DNA of 64,000 nucleotides, taken from NCBI GenBank assembly GCA_030828405.1, contig JAURCP010000007.1:2250-66249 (forward strand). The letters are read 5' to 3'. Within the stretch, counting starts at the first letter, position 1. The number at the start of each line of letters is the position of its first letter. The notes beneath the pieces were generated by a model. The model had not been told where the DNA came from and made no database searches. It saw nothing but the letters and a program-made list of their open reading frames with translations. Below, piece by piece: positions 28,821-38,673 of this stretch. Both the position numbers and the translations under genes were made by a program. The stretch comes from Thermoplasmatota archaeon (GTDB taxonomy: Archaea > Thermoplasmatota > Poseidoniia > Poseidoniales > Thalassarchaeaceae).

Positions 28821-29915
28821 GTGACCATAACAGGACGGATACACAACTTCGGAGCAGGCCCCGCAGTATTGCCATTAGAGGTAGTTGAAGAATGTCGAAA
28901 ATCATTACCTAATTTGGATAATAGTGGTTTTGGATTGATAGAAATCAGCCATAGAAGTAAAACATTTCAGAATATTGTAGACAGTTCAATGGAGAAATTA
29001 AGAAGAATACTGTCAATACCTGATGATTATACTGTTCTTTATCTTCAAGGCGGAGCATCTTTACAATTCTATATGTCGGCTCTTAATTTACTAAGAGAGG
29101 ATGAAAAAGTAGATTTTTTAGTTACAGGAGTATGGTCTCAAAAAGCATTGAAAGAAGCTAGTAGAATAGGAGATGCTTCAGCAAGATGGGACGATTCTGA
29201 AAATGGATTTAGAACAATTCCTAGAAATGGAGATTATTCTGTAAGGGATGATTCATTGTACCTACATTATACATCCAATAACACATTATTTGGTACACAA
29301 TTCCATCATCTACCTGAAAGTAATGGGAAACCGAGAGTATTAGACGCTAGTTCTGATATAATGGGAGTTCCATTAGATGTAAGTTCTCATGACTTAATCT
29401 ATGCAGGTGCACAGAAAAATCTAGGTCCGAGTGGAGTTACTGTAGTTATTCTATCTCCTTGGGCTATGCAAAGAGTTCCTAGTGACCTACCAACAATGCT
29501 AGACTATTCAGTACATTCATCTAAAGGTTCATTGTTTAATACACCAAATACATTCGGAATATTTGTTTTAGATAAAGTATTTTCATGGATAGAAAATAAT
29601 GGAGGTTTAGAGGGTGCTATTGCTAGAAACAAAGCAAAATCAAACCTACTTTATCAAGAGTTAGATAGAACTAATTTTTGGTCACCACATGCAAATAAAG
29701 AGTGTCGTTCAGTCATGAATGTAACTTGGAGACTCCCAAGTGTTGAATTGGAAGAAAAATTCTTGAAAGAATCATTTGATGCTGGCCTGGGAGGTCTGAA
29801 AGGACATAGGAGTGTAGGTGGAATTAGAGCCAGTTTGTACAACGGATGCTCGATTGAAAGTGTCGAAGCACTGGTTACCTTCATGAAAGATTTTGAAAAA
29901 TCTAACAATAGGTGA
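28821..29915 (+). CDS. serC: Phosphoserine aminotransferase
   Basis: NFGAGPA, EISHRS, QGGASLQF, AGAQKNLGPSG, FNTP, GHRSVGGIRAS. Confidence 0.96.
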   Translation: MTITGRIHNFGAGPAVLPLEVVEECRKSLPNLDNSGFGLIEISHRSKTFQNIVDSSMEKLRRILSIPDDYTVLYLQGGASLQFYMSALNLLREDEKVDFLVTGVWSQKALKEASRIGDASARWDDSENGFRTIPRNGDYSVRDDSLYLHYTSNNTLFGTQFHHLPESNGKPRVLDASSDIMGVPLDVSSHDLIYAGAQKNLGPSGVTVVILSPWAMQRVPSDLPTMLDYSVHSSKGSLFNTPNTFGIFVLDKVFSWIENNGGLEGAIARNKAKSNLLYQELDRTNFWSPHANKECRSVMNVTWRLPSVELEEKFLKESFDAGLGGLKGHRSVGGIRASLYNGCSIESVEALVTFMKDFEKSNNR

Positions 29916-30627
29916 TTTTTTGGAAAATGATGAAATCATTGGATTAATCGATTTCACTCTACTAAAGCATAAAAAGAAAGATGATGAATTGGAAAGTTTT
30001 CTGCTAAAAGCAAAGAAAATACGTCCTAAAGCAATATGTATTTTCCCTGAGGACATCCCTAGCGCGAAAGAAATCTTAGGCTCGAGCGTACCAATTGCTG
30101 CAGTAGTTGGAGGATTTCCTAAAGGAAGTAGTAATTGTGAAGAGATAGTCAAAGAAATCAGATCCGCTATCGAATTAGGTGCAGATGAAATAGATATAGT
30201 TTTAGAACCGCGTGAAGAAGATGATTACCCTAATGAATTAGAATTAGAGAAATTAGTAGCAATGAGAGAGGCATCAGAAGGTAAGATTTTGAAGGTGATT
30301 ATTGAAACGCCTTTACTTACAGAAAGAAAAATTAGGGCTGTAACTAGAATGTCTTTAGCTGTAGGAGTAGATTTTGTAAAAACATGTACTGGGAAAAGAG
30401 GTGAATGTAAAGAGAGTGATGTTGATATTTTATCTTACGAATTAATGAGACATGAGTTAACATTCAGGGAATATTTTGGAATGAAAATTTCTGGCGGTAT
30501 TGTCGATAAGGTGAAATTAATGCGGTTTATTGAATTAATTAGAAAAAATGATCCAGAAATTATTAATGGAAAAAGGTTGAGAGTTGGTTCTTCTTCGTTA
30601 ATTGAAAATCTGATAGCAATAGAATAA
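29893..30627 (+). CDS. deoC: Deoxyribose-phosphate aldolase
   Basis: IDFTLL, GFPKG, GADEID, LKVIIET, FVKTCTG, MKISGG. Confidence 0.85.
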   Translation: MKNLTIGDFLENDEIIGLIDFTLLKHKKKDDELESFLLKAKKIRPKAICIFPEDIPSAKEILGSSVPIAAVVGGFPKGSSNCEEIVKEIRSAIELGADEIDIVLEPREEDDYPNELELEKLVAMREASEGKILKVIIETPLLTERKIRAVTRMSLAVGVDFVKTCTGKRGECKESDVDILSYELMRHELTFREYFGMKISGGIVDKVKLMRFIELIRKNDPEIINGKRLRVGSSSLIENLIAIE

Positions 30628-30694
30628 TGTAAGAAATTACTACTGTTCATGCTAAATAGGGACGGCAGTGCGACTTGAATAGAAGGTAGTAGTT

Positions 30695-32083
30695 GTGGTA
30701 TCATTTTCAGACTTGGGAATAGGTCCCGCTATTGTTAAAGAATTAAACAAGCAAGGTATTACTGAACCCTTCGAAGTTCAGAAAGAAAGTATCCCTGATT
30801 CTCTACTAGGAAGAGATGTGTGTTGCAGAGCGCCTACTGGATCAGGTAAGACACTAGCATTTGGACTTCCATTGATTGCCAGAACTAAGAGAGCTAACCC
30901 AAAAAGGCCTACTGGATTGATATTAACCCCTACTCGAGAATTGGCCGAACAAATAAATTCGGTACTGAGGCCTATCGCATTAGCAGTAGATAGAGATGTT
31001 GTCTCGATATATGGAGGAGTCTCCTACAAGAAGCAATACAATGCTTTGAATAAAGGAGTGGATATATTAGTAGCATGTCCTGGTAGATTAATCGATTTAT
31101 TGGACAGACGTGCTCTAAAGTTAGACGATGTAGAAACTATAGTACTAGATGAAGCAGATAGAATGGCAGATATGGGCTTCATGGATCCAGTTTGTGAAAT
31201 CTTGGATAAATGTTCTAATGAAAGGCAAACGATTCTTTTCAGTGCAACATTAGATGACGATGTTGCTGACTTAGTTAAAAATTATCAAAATGATCCTGTG
31301 ACAATTGAAGTAGGTCCTAAAGAGGTTAGCATAGAAAATATGCAGCATCTATTCTGGACAATGAAACCACACCAAAAATTAGGGGTTACCTCTGAAATAC
31401 TTGCAAAGTGCGGAAAAACTATGATTTTCTGTAAAACTAGAAGAGGAGTAGATAGATTAGGGAATGAAATGTATGATTCGGAAATGAATGTTTCAACATT
31501 ACATGGAGGTCTGAATCAAAGACAAAGAGATAGGGCATTAAAGCGATTCACCAAAGGTGGAGCTATCGCTTTAGTTGCAACAGATGTTGCTGCAAGAGGA
31601 ATTGATATTCAAGGAGTCAATTGTGTAATTCATTATGACCCGCCGGAAAATGGTAAAGCATACAAACATCGCAGTGGAAGAACTGCTAGAGCAGGAGCAG
31701 AAGGCGTAGTGATTTCATATGTACAAAGATCACAGCAAAGAACATACAATAAGATACAGAATGAGGTTGGGATAAAAAGAAGGTTTCAACCACCTAATGT
31801 AGATAATCTTACAGAATATCCTATGGAATATGTTGAAGAGGTGTTCGAAGAAGAAGTTAGAAGACCTCCTTCTGATAATAAAAAACGAAGAAAGAATAGG
31901 AGGCAAAGGGGACCTCCACAGAAATCAAGAAGCTCTTCAGAGAGGCAAAGAAAAAGGTCTCATAAATCTAAGCGTAGTAATAATAATGATTCAAAAGATG
32001 GGAAAAAATTTAATCCCAACCATAAGAAAAAGAGAAGAAACAATAGGAATAAACCGAAAAAAGGGAATAAAAGCGACAAATGA
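30695..32083 (+). CDS. DEAD-box RNA helicase with basic low-complexity tail
   Basis: APTGSGKT, PTRELA, DEAD, SAT, ARGID, HRSGRTAR. Confidence 0.95.
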   Translation: MVSFSDLGIGPAIVKELNKQGITEPFEVQKESIPDSLLGRDVCCRAPTGSGKTLAFGLPLIARTKRANPKRPTGLILTPTRELAEQINSVLRPIALAVDRDVVSIYGGVSYKKQYNALNKGVDILVACPGRLIDLLDRRALKLDDVETIVLDEADRMADMGFMDPVCEILDKCSNERQTILFSATLDDDVADLVKNYQNDPVTIEVGPKEVSIENMQHLFWTMKPHQKLGVTSEILAKCGKTMIFCKTRRGVDRLGNEMYDSEMNVSTLHGGLNQRQRDRALKRFTKGGAIALVATDVAARGIDIQGVNCVIHYDPPENGKAYKHRSGRTARAGAEGVVISYVQRSQQRTYNKIQNEVGIKRRFQPPNVDNLTEYPMEYVEEVFEEEVRRPPSDNKKRRKNRRQRGPPQKSRSSSERQRKRSHKSKRSNNNDSKDGKKFNPNHKKKRRNNRNKPKKGNKSDK

Positions 32084-32158
32084 ATAATTATTTTACCGTA
32101 AAGCAGAAACTCATTACATGAAAATGATTAAAACCCTTACTAATCCGCCGCTGGAATC

Positions 32159-32371
32159 ATGAGCATGTGGATTAAAGCAATGACTGACTTAGGGCCTACA
32201 AGAATTCGTGTACAATCAATCTGTGCATACCAATTTATCAAAGAAGAGGGTGGAGAAGGAGAAGTACTCTTAATTTACACCGCAGATAATACATTATTTG
32301 AGGTTCATGAAAATGTATCTGGAGTTCTAGAACTCCTAGATAATCACTTTGAAAACGATTTCATGAATTGA
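32159..32371 (+). CDS. Small hypothetical protein
   Basis: 70-aa ORF filling the intergenic gap, plausible beta-rich composition. Confidence 0.55.
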   Translation: MSMWIKAMTDLGPTRIRVQSICAYQFIKEEGGEGEVLLIYTADNTLFEVHENVSGVLELLDNHFENDFMN

Positions 32372-32373
32372 TT

Positions 32374-33159
32374 TCAAGACCAAGGATCTATCGCTACGAT
32401 ATGTTCGATTTTGATTGAGTTAGAGTTTTCATAATCTGCTTTGTCAGATGCTGATTTCAAGATTCTCCTCATCCATCCGAGCATCATCAGTTTCTCATAT
32501 TTCTCTAATGAATTTTTAATGGAAGATAAGTCACCTTGCTGAATATTCTTTTGAAGATTATATTCTAAATCGGATGCATAATCATAGTAGAGAAGTAATA
32601 ATTCTTCTACTGCATCATTATCTAATTTCTTACCTGATAATTGTTTCATGAGATTCTTGATATTTATAGGAGATAATGATTCTATTTTTTTAACATTTGA
32701 GACACTTACATTTTCAGAACTTTCATTTAATGATGTTTCAGTTTGTTGAATATTACCCGAAGAAGTCGTTTTTGAGGACATATGCCTAATTTTTATTGTA
32801 CCTACTCTCTCATTATCAGCTTCTTCAGCAGCCAAAAGAAGAGAGTTTTTGAGATAGTTTTCAAGTATCTCATTTGCATTTACTACTGCTGCGGAACTTA
32901 CTGATTCTACATTTTCAATCTCTTCTATCATTAGGCCTCTGGTTCGGCTAAATCCAAGTCTAGTTCTATTTGGATCTGATAGGGTTTTCTTACCCGGCTC
33001 ATTTAGCAAAGTTTCTTCTTCCATTTCTCGAGTGATTTGCTTAAGCCTTAGATGTAACATCTCAACTAACTTCTCCTTTACTTCACCACTTATCCGGTGA
33101 TCGATCCCCAAGCCTTTAGCAACTTCTGATACGTGACTGGGTGCCCACGGTTTAGCCAT
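32374..33159 (-). CDS. Multi-histone-fold protein (tandem histone triplet or quadruplet)
   Basis: Segments align by eye to HMf/NF-YC folds: HRISGEVKEKL...GKKTL; SRTRGLM..VESVSSAA...RVGTIKIRH; INIKNLMK..KLDNDAVEEL...SNSIKIEHI. Confidence 0.7.
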   Translation of the reverse strand: MAKPWAPSHVSEVAKGLGIDHRISGEVKEKLVEMLHLRLKQITREMEEETLLNEPGKKTLSDPNRTRLGFSRTRGLMIEEIENVESVSSAAVVNANEILENYLKNSLLLAAEEADNERVGTIKIRHMSSKTTSSGNIQQTETSLNESSENVSVSNVKKIESLSPINIKNLMKQLSGKKLDNDAVEELLLLYYDYASDLEYNLQKNIQQGDLSSIKNSLEKYEKLMMLGWMRRILKSASDKADYENSNSIKIEHIVAIDPWS

Positions 33160-33360
33160 AATTCACTTGAGTGTAGTAAAGGACTTGAATTATCAGTATA
33201 GGCAATTACGAATTTCGCTTGAAAATTGAATTATTATTATCTATAATACGCCGGTATGAAAAACTATCACGCCCTAGGATAGTTGATGGTTGTAGGTCGA
33301 TTGTATATTTTTGCTCTCAATTCCCTTTCTCTTCTTCTTTCTTGGCGACGTTGTTTTCGT

Positions 33361-34824
33361 ATGATTCAAAGAACAATCAATGCTTTGGACTTTAGCGTTC
33401 TCAAAAAGCAAGAGACTTGGAAAGCTTTCTTGATTGGTATAGTACTATTTTGTATCATTGGCTTTGCATCTCTGACACTTTTTGGTTTATCTTCATCAAT
33501 ATATGGTGTTTCAGATGATATTGAGACTGTTCCAGATTTTGTAGCACCAACCATGAACAGGACTGGAATAGATGATTCTCACAATATCGAAAATGGCACT
33601 CTACAACTATCCGATCTAAGAGGAAATGTAGTAATCTTAGATTTCATGGCAGTTGATTGTGCTAATTGTCACTATGTTCAGGAACATATAGAACAAAATA
33701 TCGACGATTGGAGAGAACTTGAGGGCGAATATCCCGTAATTGTTGTTTCAGTAGGAACTTGGTATAGTCTGGAAACATTCGAACAAATTAATACCACTTT
33801 TGGCGATTCAGATTCGGATAAATTCATGAATTGGGTCGTAGTAAATGGTGGTTCTGAAACAGTGATTCTAGAAAATGGGACAATGGGTGATCTTGTAGAA
33901 TATTACTCTGCTCAACTAATACCATTAGCTCTGGTAATTGACCATGAAGGATATGTAGTAGCAAAAGAAAATACTGGGACGCCTTTAGATCGATGGAAGT
34001 CTTTCGATAATGCTATTGAGAAAGCAAATAATGGAGAAGCATCAGATTTAAGATTTGGAATCGAGAAAACAGATAGATCGACTTATGGAGTATTCATAAT
34101 AGGTTTATTCCTAGGATTCTTAGTATACTTTAGTCCATGTGCCTTCCCGGTTTTACCTTCATACATTACTTACACTCTAAGTTTAGGGATGAGAGAAGAG
34201 GAACTCAGAAATAATGGTAAAATTGTAGGTAATATGCCTGGACCATTAGCAATTGGTGGATATGCTGCCTTAGGGCAATTGACATTCTTTGCAATAGTTG
34301 GAATAATCATTTTTGGTCTATCTGAAATCTTTAATTTATCTGGTTATCTACATAAAATTGCTATTGCTATCGCCGTCCTATTAATTATTTTAGGCGCACT
34401 AATGCTTCTTGGTTGGACATCACATTTACTTTCAAAAGTACAGGATATTATTGATAAGTATCAAACAAATGAAAATAGTGATGAAGTATTCACTCCTAGA
34501 AGAAATATGTACCTCTGGGGAATAGGTTACTCTGCAGCATCTGTGGATTGTACAGCGGCTGCAGTTTTCCCATTCATTGGTTGGTTAGCGGTAGTAGGAA
34601 GAACTGAGTTCATTTTCGGACTTGTTGGGTTAATGATTTCTGTAAGTTTCCTAATGATTGCAGTTACTGCTCTAGTCAGTTTCGGACGTCAAGCGATGAT
34701 TGGATATCTAAGAAGCTCTACAGGATTGATTAAAGCAATCGGTTCATGGATGATGATGTTTGCAGGAATTGGATTATTTATCTACCTAACAGAACCAGAA
34801 ATGGTTTCAACAATAGTTTTCTAG
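33361..34824 (+). CDS. Thioredoxin-like domain plus CcdA/DsbD transmembrane redox fusion
   Basis: LSDLRG.VVILDFMAVDCANC, then TM region with FSPCAFPVLP and ASVDCTAA. Confidence 0.8.
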   Translation: MIQRTINALDFSVLKKQETWKAFLIGIVLFCIIGFASLTLFGLSSSIYGVSDDIETVPDFVAPTMNRTGIDDSHNIENGTLQLSDLRGNVVILDFMAVDCANCHYVQEHIEQNIDDWRELEGEYPVIVVSVGTWYSLETFEQINTTFGDSDSDKFMNWVVVNGGSETVILENGTMGDLVEYYSAQLIPLALVIDHEGYVVAKENTGTPLDRWKSFDNAIEKANNGEASDLRFGIEKTDRSTYGVFIIGLFLGFLVYFSPCAFPVLPSYITYTLSLGMREEELRNNGKIVGNMPGPLAIGGYAALGQLTFFAIVGIIIFGLSEIFNLSGYLHKIAIAIAVLLIILGALMLLGWTSHLLSKVQDIIDKYQTNENSDEVFTPRRNMYLWGIGYSAASVDCTAAAVFPFIGWLAVVGRTEFIFGLVGLMISVSFLMIAVTALVSFGRQAMIGYLRSSTGLIKAIGSWMMMFAGIGLFIYLTEPEMVSTIVF

Positions 34825-34827
34825 AAA

Positions 34828-35325
34828 TTACTGGAAGATAATTTCTTGTTTTCTTTTTTTATCTCTGCGATTTAGTAAGAGAATACCAATAAAAATACCA
34901 ATAATACCTGAACAACAAACAGGTAGTGAGCATAAAGTGGTGAAAATAATACTTGCATCTGCAAGATCATTTACAATAATTATTTCATTATTTGATTCAA
35001 CCTGTAAATTTTTTGATACATCTGGATTAAGATAACCAATGTATCTCCAATCCCCATCTACATAACTAGAATCACAATCCTCAAAGAAATATTCCCATTC
35101 ATCATCATGGATACTCACTGCAGTTTCAGAACAACTGTAAGTATCACTGACATAAACCGAATATGTGTCATGATATCGTACGAATACCTCGCCGCTATCT
35201 CCTCTGAATATTGATTCTTCAGATATGTCTCTATCTAAAATTAAACTTCCAGCTATAAAAATGATAAATGAGAGAATAATCAAGAAAGTAGAAACTGCAA
35301 TCGTTAAGATCGCTCCCTTCTTCAT
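34828..35325 (-). CDS. Hypothetical membrane protein (2 TM)
   Basis: N- and C-terminal hydrophobic helices flanking an acidic loop. Confidence 0.55.
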   Translation of the reverse strand: MKKGAILTIAVSTFLIILSFIIFIAGSLILDRDISEESIFRGDSGEVFVRYHDTYSVYVSDTYSCSETAVSIHDDEWEYFFEDCDSSYVDGDWRYIGYLNPDVSKNLQVESNNEIIIVNDLADASIIFTTLCSLPVCCSGIIGIFIGILLLNRRDKKRKQEIIFQ

Positions 35326-35375
35326 GATACTTGTTTCAAGACTTTACTTAGTAAGTTATTCAGTAGATGATAGAT

Positions 35376-36422
35376 TTACAGTTGAACTTCCACGGAATCT
35401 CTATGAGTTTGTATATTCATTAAAATTTCAGCCATATTAATCGAATAAGCACATATTCTTCTGAGAGATTCGGATACTCGATCTAAGAATAAAGCATCTT
35501 TAATAGCAATATCGCTAGCTCTTAGTTCTTCTTCGTATTGAATAAGTTCTTTTTGAGCTAAGATTAAATTTGATTTTGCAATATGTACTTCAGAAATATC
35601 TCTCTTTTTGATATTAGAAACTAATAATTTCATTGATTGTTGCCAAATTGGAATTAAGGAAACTGGCATTGATGACAAATTCAAAGACTCGGGGATTGTA
35701 TGATTTTGGGCTAGGTCGCATAATGCATAACTATGATCACCCATTCTTTCCAATGTCCTAACCAACTTACATAATTCGGACGCCTCCCATCTTGAAGTTC
35801 CGAGAGAATCTTCTATGCTAGCAGATTCGAGAATTTGACCTACTTGCCTCTCAAGTAACAGCCTTAATGCATCTACTTCATTCTCTCTGTCGCTAGAGTC
35901 ATCAAGAATTTCTAGATTATCACCGGTAAGTACCTCTGAAAAGTCTCTTACTTGTTTCGATATAAGTAAATACATCCGGTTAATACTAGAATGTAATGGC
36001 ATTTCTGAAGGATTTAGTAAACTAATCATTTCGAGCATGTTGCCTTGATCATTAGTAATCTCAAGGCCACGAGTAGAACGAACAAAATCACGAAAAACTT
36101 TGCTTTGAATACGGGAAAAATCATTATTTGAGGATATTTTGATTTTATCAGCACCAGATAAATATGCAGCAATAAGATGATCAAAAATCATATGATCAGG
36201 TATAATCTCACAATCAATCTTTACTTCCCTTTTTCTAAGTAAGTTTGAGGTGTCGGCAATTACTCTAAGGGCTCCTGAGGGTCTCCATTCAATCCTAATC
36301 TCATCTTTAGCTTCTAAACCATGCTCTACAATCCATTTTTTAGGAAGACTAACGGTATATGTTGAACCTCCAGTTAGTTGAATTTTCCTAACTTCAGAAC
36401 TCTTGTCTGTCTTTGAATACAT
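35376..36422 (-). CDS. phoU: Phosphate uptake regulator (AbrB DNA-binding domain plus PhoU domains)
   Basis: RKIQLTGGSTYTVSLPKKW (AbrB), AAYLSG, EVDAL, LERMGDH. Confidence 0.9.
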   Translation of the reverse strand: MYSKTDKSSEVRKIQLTGGSTYTVSLPKKWIVEHGLEAKDEIRIEWRPSGALRVIADTSNLLRKREVKIDCEIIPDHMIFDHLIAAYLSGADKIKISSNNDFSRIQSKVFRDFVRSTRGLEITNDQGNMLEMISLLNPSEMPLHSSINRMYLLISKQVRDFSEVLTGDNLEILDDSSDRENEVDALRLLLERQVGQILESASIEDSLGTSRWEASELCKLVRTLERMGDHSYALCDLAQNHTIPESLNLSSMPVSLIPIWQQSMKLLVSNIKKRDISEVHIAKSNLILAQKELIQYEEELRASDIAIKDALFLDRVSESLRRICAYSINMAEILMNIQTHRDSVEVQL

Positions 36423-36441
36423 AATATGACGACTCAATAGA

Positions 36442-36510
36442 ACTATATATAATTATAGATAGTCCGCAGTAATGCTTTTTTATTACTAACTATATAGATT
36501 ATATAATCTA
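36442..36510. promoter_or_regulatory. Divergent promoter with two AT-rich palindromes (candidate AbrB-PhoU operators)
   Basis: ACTATATATAA/TTATAGATAGT (36442-36463, one mismatched pair) and perfect TAGATTAT/ATAATCTA (36495-36510). Confidence 0.55.
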
Positions 36511-36543
36511 AAATTGATAAACCAAGTATTAGTCGGAAATGAC

Positions 36544-38673
36544 ATGGAACCGATTATGACCGTCGTCCTTATGCTAGCAATTGTTGTTTGTGCCTACATG
36601 GCATGGAACATAGGTGCCAATGATGTTGCCAATGCAATGGGGACCTCTGTAGGTTCCAGAGCCTTGACATTGAGACAGGCAGTTATTATTGCTGCTGTGT
36701 TCGAATTCTGCGGAGCTTTCTTTGCAGGTGATGCAGTTACAGATACTGTCAGAAAGGGTATTCTAAATATCGACCTCGCAGATGAAACTCTAGTTACAGA
36801 TGCATTTGCTAATGATTTGATGTTCGGATTCATTGCGGCAATGATGGCAGCAGCAGTTTGGTTGACAATTGCGACTCGATTCGGATTGCCAGTTTCAACA
36901 ACGCATTCAATAATTGGTGGAATAGTTGGTGTAGGATTAGTTCTGGAAGTACAACATAATGCTTCACTAATAGATTGGGAAGTTGTGAGAAAAGTAGTCA
37001 TGTCATGGGTAGCAAGCCCACTAATGGGTGGTATTCTTGCATTCATCACATTCTTCATTGTCCGTGCGAGTATTCTTGAAGCAGATGACCCAATTGCGAG
37101 ATCTAGATGGTTAGCGCCGATTCTTGCCTTGCCTACATTCTTCACATTAGGTCTAGCATTACAATTTAAGGCACTAAAAGGATTCATTTCAAGAGCAGCT
37201 TCAGAAGGATGGATTGATGATAAGAACGACTGGTTGCCAGTGAAAGAGAATGGAGTTTTCGACCCATTCGCAGAAAATGCTTGGTTCCCTATAAATTCTC
37301 TAATTGTAGCATTTATCATTGGATGTATTGCATCTATGATACTTTGGTATGTTCTGAGAGACTATGATTTCAAGAAGCAAGGAGAAGGGTTCCAAGGTGT
37401 AGAGAAAATTTTCGTTTGGCTACAGATAATCACTGCAGCATATGTTGCATTCGCTCATGGTGCTAATGACAGATCTAATGCGATTGGACCGATGGCTGCC
37501 GTTTACGACATCCTATCTAGTGGTGGGGATTTAGCAGCTAAGGTAGATGTTCCACTTTGGTTGGTGCTACTTGGTTCCGTAGGTATTGCTGTTGGTGTAG
37601 TAACATGGGGATGGAGAGTAATGGAAACAATTGGTACGAAAATTACCGATATTACACCAACAAGAGGATTCGCTGCAGAGTTTGGAGCGGCAACTACAAT
37701 CCTGATTTTCTCAATGCCATTCCTGGCAGTGCCTGTATCAACTACTCACACACTGGTTGGGTCGGTAGTAGGAGTCGGTTTGGCTGGAGGTGCAAAGAAT
37801 GTGGATTTCAAAGTGTTTGGTAAGATTGCAGCATCATGGGTAGCAAGCCTCCCAGCAGCAGGTTTTGGTTCAGTAACACTCTATGTTGCCATGGGCTCAG
37901 ATCCATTGAAATTAATTGTAGTACTTCCTATCTCATTCTTATTAGTAGGATATGTCATGTGGAAAACTAGTGGCGATGAAATATTTGTTGAAGATGCATT
38001 AGCAGATGCTGGTGCAGACGGTGGAAAATATGACCCTACAGTTTTCGAATTATTCCACACTCATGCTGAGGCTGTAGAGGAAACCGTTGACCACATGTTA
38101 AATGCTGTGAAAAAGAGCGCAGCAGGAGAAGATGCATCTGAAGAAATCAATGCGACAATTGAGGCTGAGCTAAGAGCCGATGATATCAAGAATGCATTGA
38201 GAGAGAAGGTTAGCAGTAAAGGCTGGAAGCTATTAATCGACAGTGATGAGTTCCTATACATGCTCGGGAGGCAAGATAGGATAGCAGATTATGCACAAAA
38301 TGTTGCTGAACAACTGTCTTTCAGAGAACTTTACAATAATGAAGAAGCAAGAAAAATGATAATCGAGATGGCTGAGGCAGTAAAAAAGACTGCAGCAGTT
38401 TACGAAGATACCGTTTTACACCTAAGAGATCTAACACTTTCTGGAAATACCAAGAAGGGAAGAACTGAGTTAAGAGAACTGATTCATCAAGTAAACCTTG
38501 CAGAACATGAGGCAGACTTAGTTGAAAGTCGTGCAGCAGGATTTGTATTTAGAGAGGGAGTTGATGATCCTCTTGCAGCGGTACATATGTACAGAGTATT
38601 GCAGAGACTTGATGATGTTGCTAACTCTTGTGAAGATGCAGCTAATGCATTCTTACCAATAGTTTACAATTAG
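36544..38673 (+). CDS. Inorganic phosphate transporter (PiT) fused to a DUF47/PhoU-like domain
   Basis: GANDVANAMGTSVGS, PVSTTH twice, HGAND; C-terminal IEAELRADDIK...QDRIAD...EHEAD. Confidence 0.92.
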   Translation: MEPIMTVVLMLAIVVCAYMAWNIGANDVANAMGTSVGSRALTLRQAVIIAAVFEFCGAFFAGDAVTDTVRKGILNIDLADETLVTDAFANDLMFGFIAAMMAAAVWLTIATRFGLPVSTTHSIIGGIVGVGLVLEVQHNASLIDWEVVRKVVMSWVASPLMGGILAFITFFIVRASILEADDPIARSRWLAPILALPTFFTLGLALQFKALKGFISRAASEGWIDDKNDWLPVKENGVFDPFAENAWFPINSLIVAFIIGCIASMILWYVLRDYDFKKQGEGFQGVEKIFVWLQIITAAYVAFAHGANDRSNAIGPMAAVYDILSSGGDLAAKVDVPLWLVLLGSVGIAVGVVTWGWRVMETIGTKITDITPTRGFAAEFGAATTILIFSMPFLAVPVSTTHTLVGSVVGVGLAGGAKNVDFKVFGKIAASWVASLPAAGFGSVTLYVAMGSDPLKLIVVLPISFLLVGYVMWKTSGDEIFVEDALADAGADGGKYDPTVFELFHTHAEAVEETVDHMLNAVKKSAAGEDASEEINATIEAELRADDIKNALREKVSSKGWKLLIDSDEFLYMLGRQDRIADYAQNVAEQLSFRELYNNEEARKMIIEMAEAVKKTAAVYEDTVLHLRDLTLSGNTKKGRTELRELIHQVNLAEHEADLVESRAAGFVFREGVDDPLAAVHMYRVLQRLDDVANSCEDAANAFLPIVYN

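Noticed and set aside
31860-32083. A-rich low-complexity tract
   Set aside because: Lys/Arg/Asn-rich tail typical of DEAD-box helicases
33267-33365. Minus-strand frame reading IIRKQRRQERRERELRAK..., resembling a gene remnant
   Set aside because: Bounded by a stop with no start codon; explained by a pyrimidine-rich leader; insufficient evidence for a pseudogene
36594-37319. 241-aa antisense ORF, and the many other short antisense or alternate-frame ORFs in the track
   Set aside because: Shadows of well-supported genes, with no motifs of their own
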